Origin: Candidatus Micrarchaeia archaeon
Lineage (GTDB): Archaea; Micrarchaeota; Micrarchaeia; Anstonellales; J096
Direction of reading: 5' to 3'
Assembly: GCA_041500405.1 (NCBI GenBank)
Contig: JBGQMB010000004.1
Coordinates: forward strand, 1 to 37,196
DNA length: 37,196 bases
The notes beneath the pieces were generated by a model. The model saw only the letters and a list, made by a program, of their open reading frames with translations, was not told where the DNA came from and made no database searches. The translations under genes were made by a program, and so were the position numbers. Positions 35,934 through 37,196 of this stretch are shown one piece after another. Within the stretch, counting starts at the first letter, position 1, and each line of letters opens with the position of its first letter.

Positions 35934-36736
35934 GAGACACCATGGGTTCCATGAAGCGGGTTCATTCCCAGATGCTCGCGCAGTCCGAAGCCAGGTTTTT
36001 CCAGAGGATTTTCCACGCGTGCGATTTCCAGAGGTTTGAGAAGCGCGTAAGGTTCAATTTCATTGACGTCATGTGCGATTCCGGCAGGCTCGGCCTCGGC
36101 GTTGCGGAAAAATTGCTGAAGGACATGCCTGGGCTCGCAGCCTGCACCGCGTTCTATTTCAACGACATCGACACAAAGGCGCTGGTGAAGCTGCCAAGGG
36201 AGCTCGCCATCGAGGGCGACGTCTGCTGGCTGGGCGGCTCCTTCCCCCGGCAGTTCGACATCGCGGCCAGCCGCTATGGCTTCAGCAATCTGCGCAAAGG
36301 GATGCTGGCGTCCGCGCTGGGCTCGCTGTATGGCGCGATTCTGCCAGGCGGAAGGCTTGTCATCGCTGACATTGCAGCCCTAACTCCGAAGGGCCGGGAT
36401 GGCTGGCAGGAGGTCTACGACAGGAACCTGGAGCTGTTCGTGGCCTTCGGAAACCACAAAGACGATTATGCCCCGCTGGCCGAAGAGCTGAGGGCTGCCT
36501 TTTATGAAGCAGGCTTCAGCAACGTAACCGTGGACTCCGGGGAAAGGCGCATGCTGAGCACCATCGAACTGGATGGCAGGCTCAGGCATGGGGCGCCAAT
36601 GCTCCGGCAGATGAGGAGCACCATAGAGGACGTCTGCCGCAAAAACCCGGCATTCAAGGACGAGTTCAAGGTTTCCCTCGACGGCCCGAATGCCGTGCTC
36701 CAAATCCCGCGCATAATCGTCTCAGCGGACAGGTGA
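35930..36736 (+). CDS. Class I SAM-dependent methyltransferase-like protein
   Basis: Motif I-like FIDVMCDSGRLG, FNDID, FDIAASRYGF, ILPGGRLVIADI and AGFSNV. GTGA overlap with the upstream stop. Visibly GC-richer than the core. Confidence 0.75.
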   Translation: MRDTMGSMKRVHSQMLAQSEARFFQRIFHACDFQRFEKRVRFNFIDVMCDSGRLGLGVAEKLLKDMPGLAACTAFYFNDIDTKALVKLPRELAIEGDVCWLGGSFPRQFDIAASRYGFSNLRKGMLASALGSLYGAILPGGRLVIADIAALTPKGRDGWQEVYDRNLELFVAFGNHKDDYAPLAEELRAAFYEAGFSNVTVDSGERRMLSTIELDGRLRHGAPMLRQMRSTIEDVCRKNPAFKDEFKVSLDGPNAVLQIPRIIVSADR

Positions 36737-36834
36737 GACGGCATCTGGCATCCAGAATCAGCGGGACAGGGCTCACTCAAAAGAACAGGGAGATTCTCCT
36801 GGCATACGGCCTGACAATAGCAGACGACCTGTAA
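36733..36834 (+). pseudogene. Remnant (or 33-aa mini-ORF) paralogous to the C-terminus of the 35268..35933 protein
   Basis: ISGTGLTQKNREILLAYGLTIADDL* vs IDGTVLTAKDKEVVKAYGLIITNDL*: 14/25 aa and 54/78 nt identical by hand count. Confidence 0.75.
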
Positions 36835-36839
36835 AAACC

Positions 36840-36900
36840 GGCTATCCTGCTGACGAGAGGACCTTGGGATTGGGTCAAAGAACATCAGGCAGAAGAAATT
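36840..36900 (+). pseudogene. Frameshifted RNase HII 3' fragment
   Basis: GYPADERTL, then a +1 G, then DWVKEHQAEE, compared with rnhB GYPSDERTIEFVKNPE. The 11-mer GACGAGAGGAC is shared with 35093-35103. Confidence 0.65.
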
Positions 36901-36909
36901 ATAGCAATA

Positions 36910-37196
36910 TTAATGTTTAGACTTGTCCCATTTGACCTTTAAATAGTTAATAAATGCGGATGCAGTGACTAACATAAAACGTGCATCTTCAATATCTAAC
37001 AACGGTTTTTCTCCAGGCTTAAGACTATGACGTATACCCTGTTTATTACAAGAATATGCATAAATGCTTGTGAATCCTGATATTAACTTTGGGTCTATTT
37101 CAACTTTTTTTTGTTTTTCTATATTTTTTAAAGCTTCGCCTAAAGTTGCTTGTTTGTTATCACATATCAACTTGCACATTGATTCAATAGCTTTTA
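36910..37196 (-). CDS. 3' part of an abortive-infection-like (AbiJ-type/HEPN) protein, truncated by the window edge
   Basis: KAIESMCKLICDNKQATLGEALK...GFTSIYAYSC..QGIRHS...DARFMLVTASAFINYL matches the C-terminal domain pattern I recall for AbiJ-NTD-associated proteins. Frame is open to the edge; AT-rich. Confidence 0.65.
   Translation of the reverse strand, partial: KAIESMCKLICDNKQATLGEALKNIEKQKKVEIDPKLISGFTSIYAYSCNKQGIRHSLKPGEKPLLDIEDARFMLVTASAFINYLKVKWDKSKH

Noticed and set aside
35856..36834. The repeat pair at a gene 3' end as a DGR variable/template repeat
   Set aside because: Mismatches are not adenine-specific (many C/T and G/T changes, often at third codon positions), identity is only about 69%, and there is no reverse transcriptase in the window.
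1..37196. CRISPR array, cas genes, transposases, integrases, rRNA
   Set aside because: No regularly spaced repeats or recognisable motifs of these classes were seen by eye.

Overview
This is an archaeal chromosomal segment, most likely from a DPANN archaeon of the Micrarchaeota type. That placement is an inference from topoisomerase VI A/B, separate PriL and PriS genes, archaeal DnaG, Lsm, Rpp21, class III signal-peptide pilins, compact gene packing and TATA boxes just upstream of start codons. The core is about 50% GC and mostly housekeeping: top6B/top6A, TatD, NYN, Lsm, priL/priS, tRNA-Arg(TCT), dnaG, an MtaB-type methylthiotransferase, a five-gene pilin-like operon, tRNA-Lys(CTT), GGPP synthase, rnp4, MarC, HemK2, a P-type ATPase and rnhB. 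Both window edges are AT-rich and look foreign; the right edge carries an Abi/HEPN-like gene. Five observations stand out. (1) A two-gene operon encodes a 1862-aa membrane protein with a C-terminal Zn ribbon and a 789-aa lipoprotein with a GH-like barrel plus a lytic-transglycosylase (SLT) domain. (2) A homologous structured hairpin lies downstream of both tRNAs, each copy ending in a repeat of its own tRNA's 3' end. (3) Nested, diverged 3'-end remnants of a hypothetical gene and of rnhB flank two accessory genes. (4) The HemK2 gene apparently needs a non-AUG/GUG/UUG start. (5) A K-loop-capped intergenic hairpin may be a small RNA. All family calls come from motif recognition by eye; no database searches were run.
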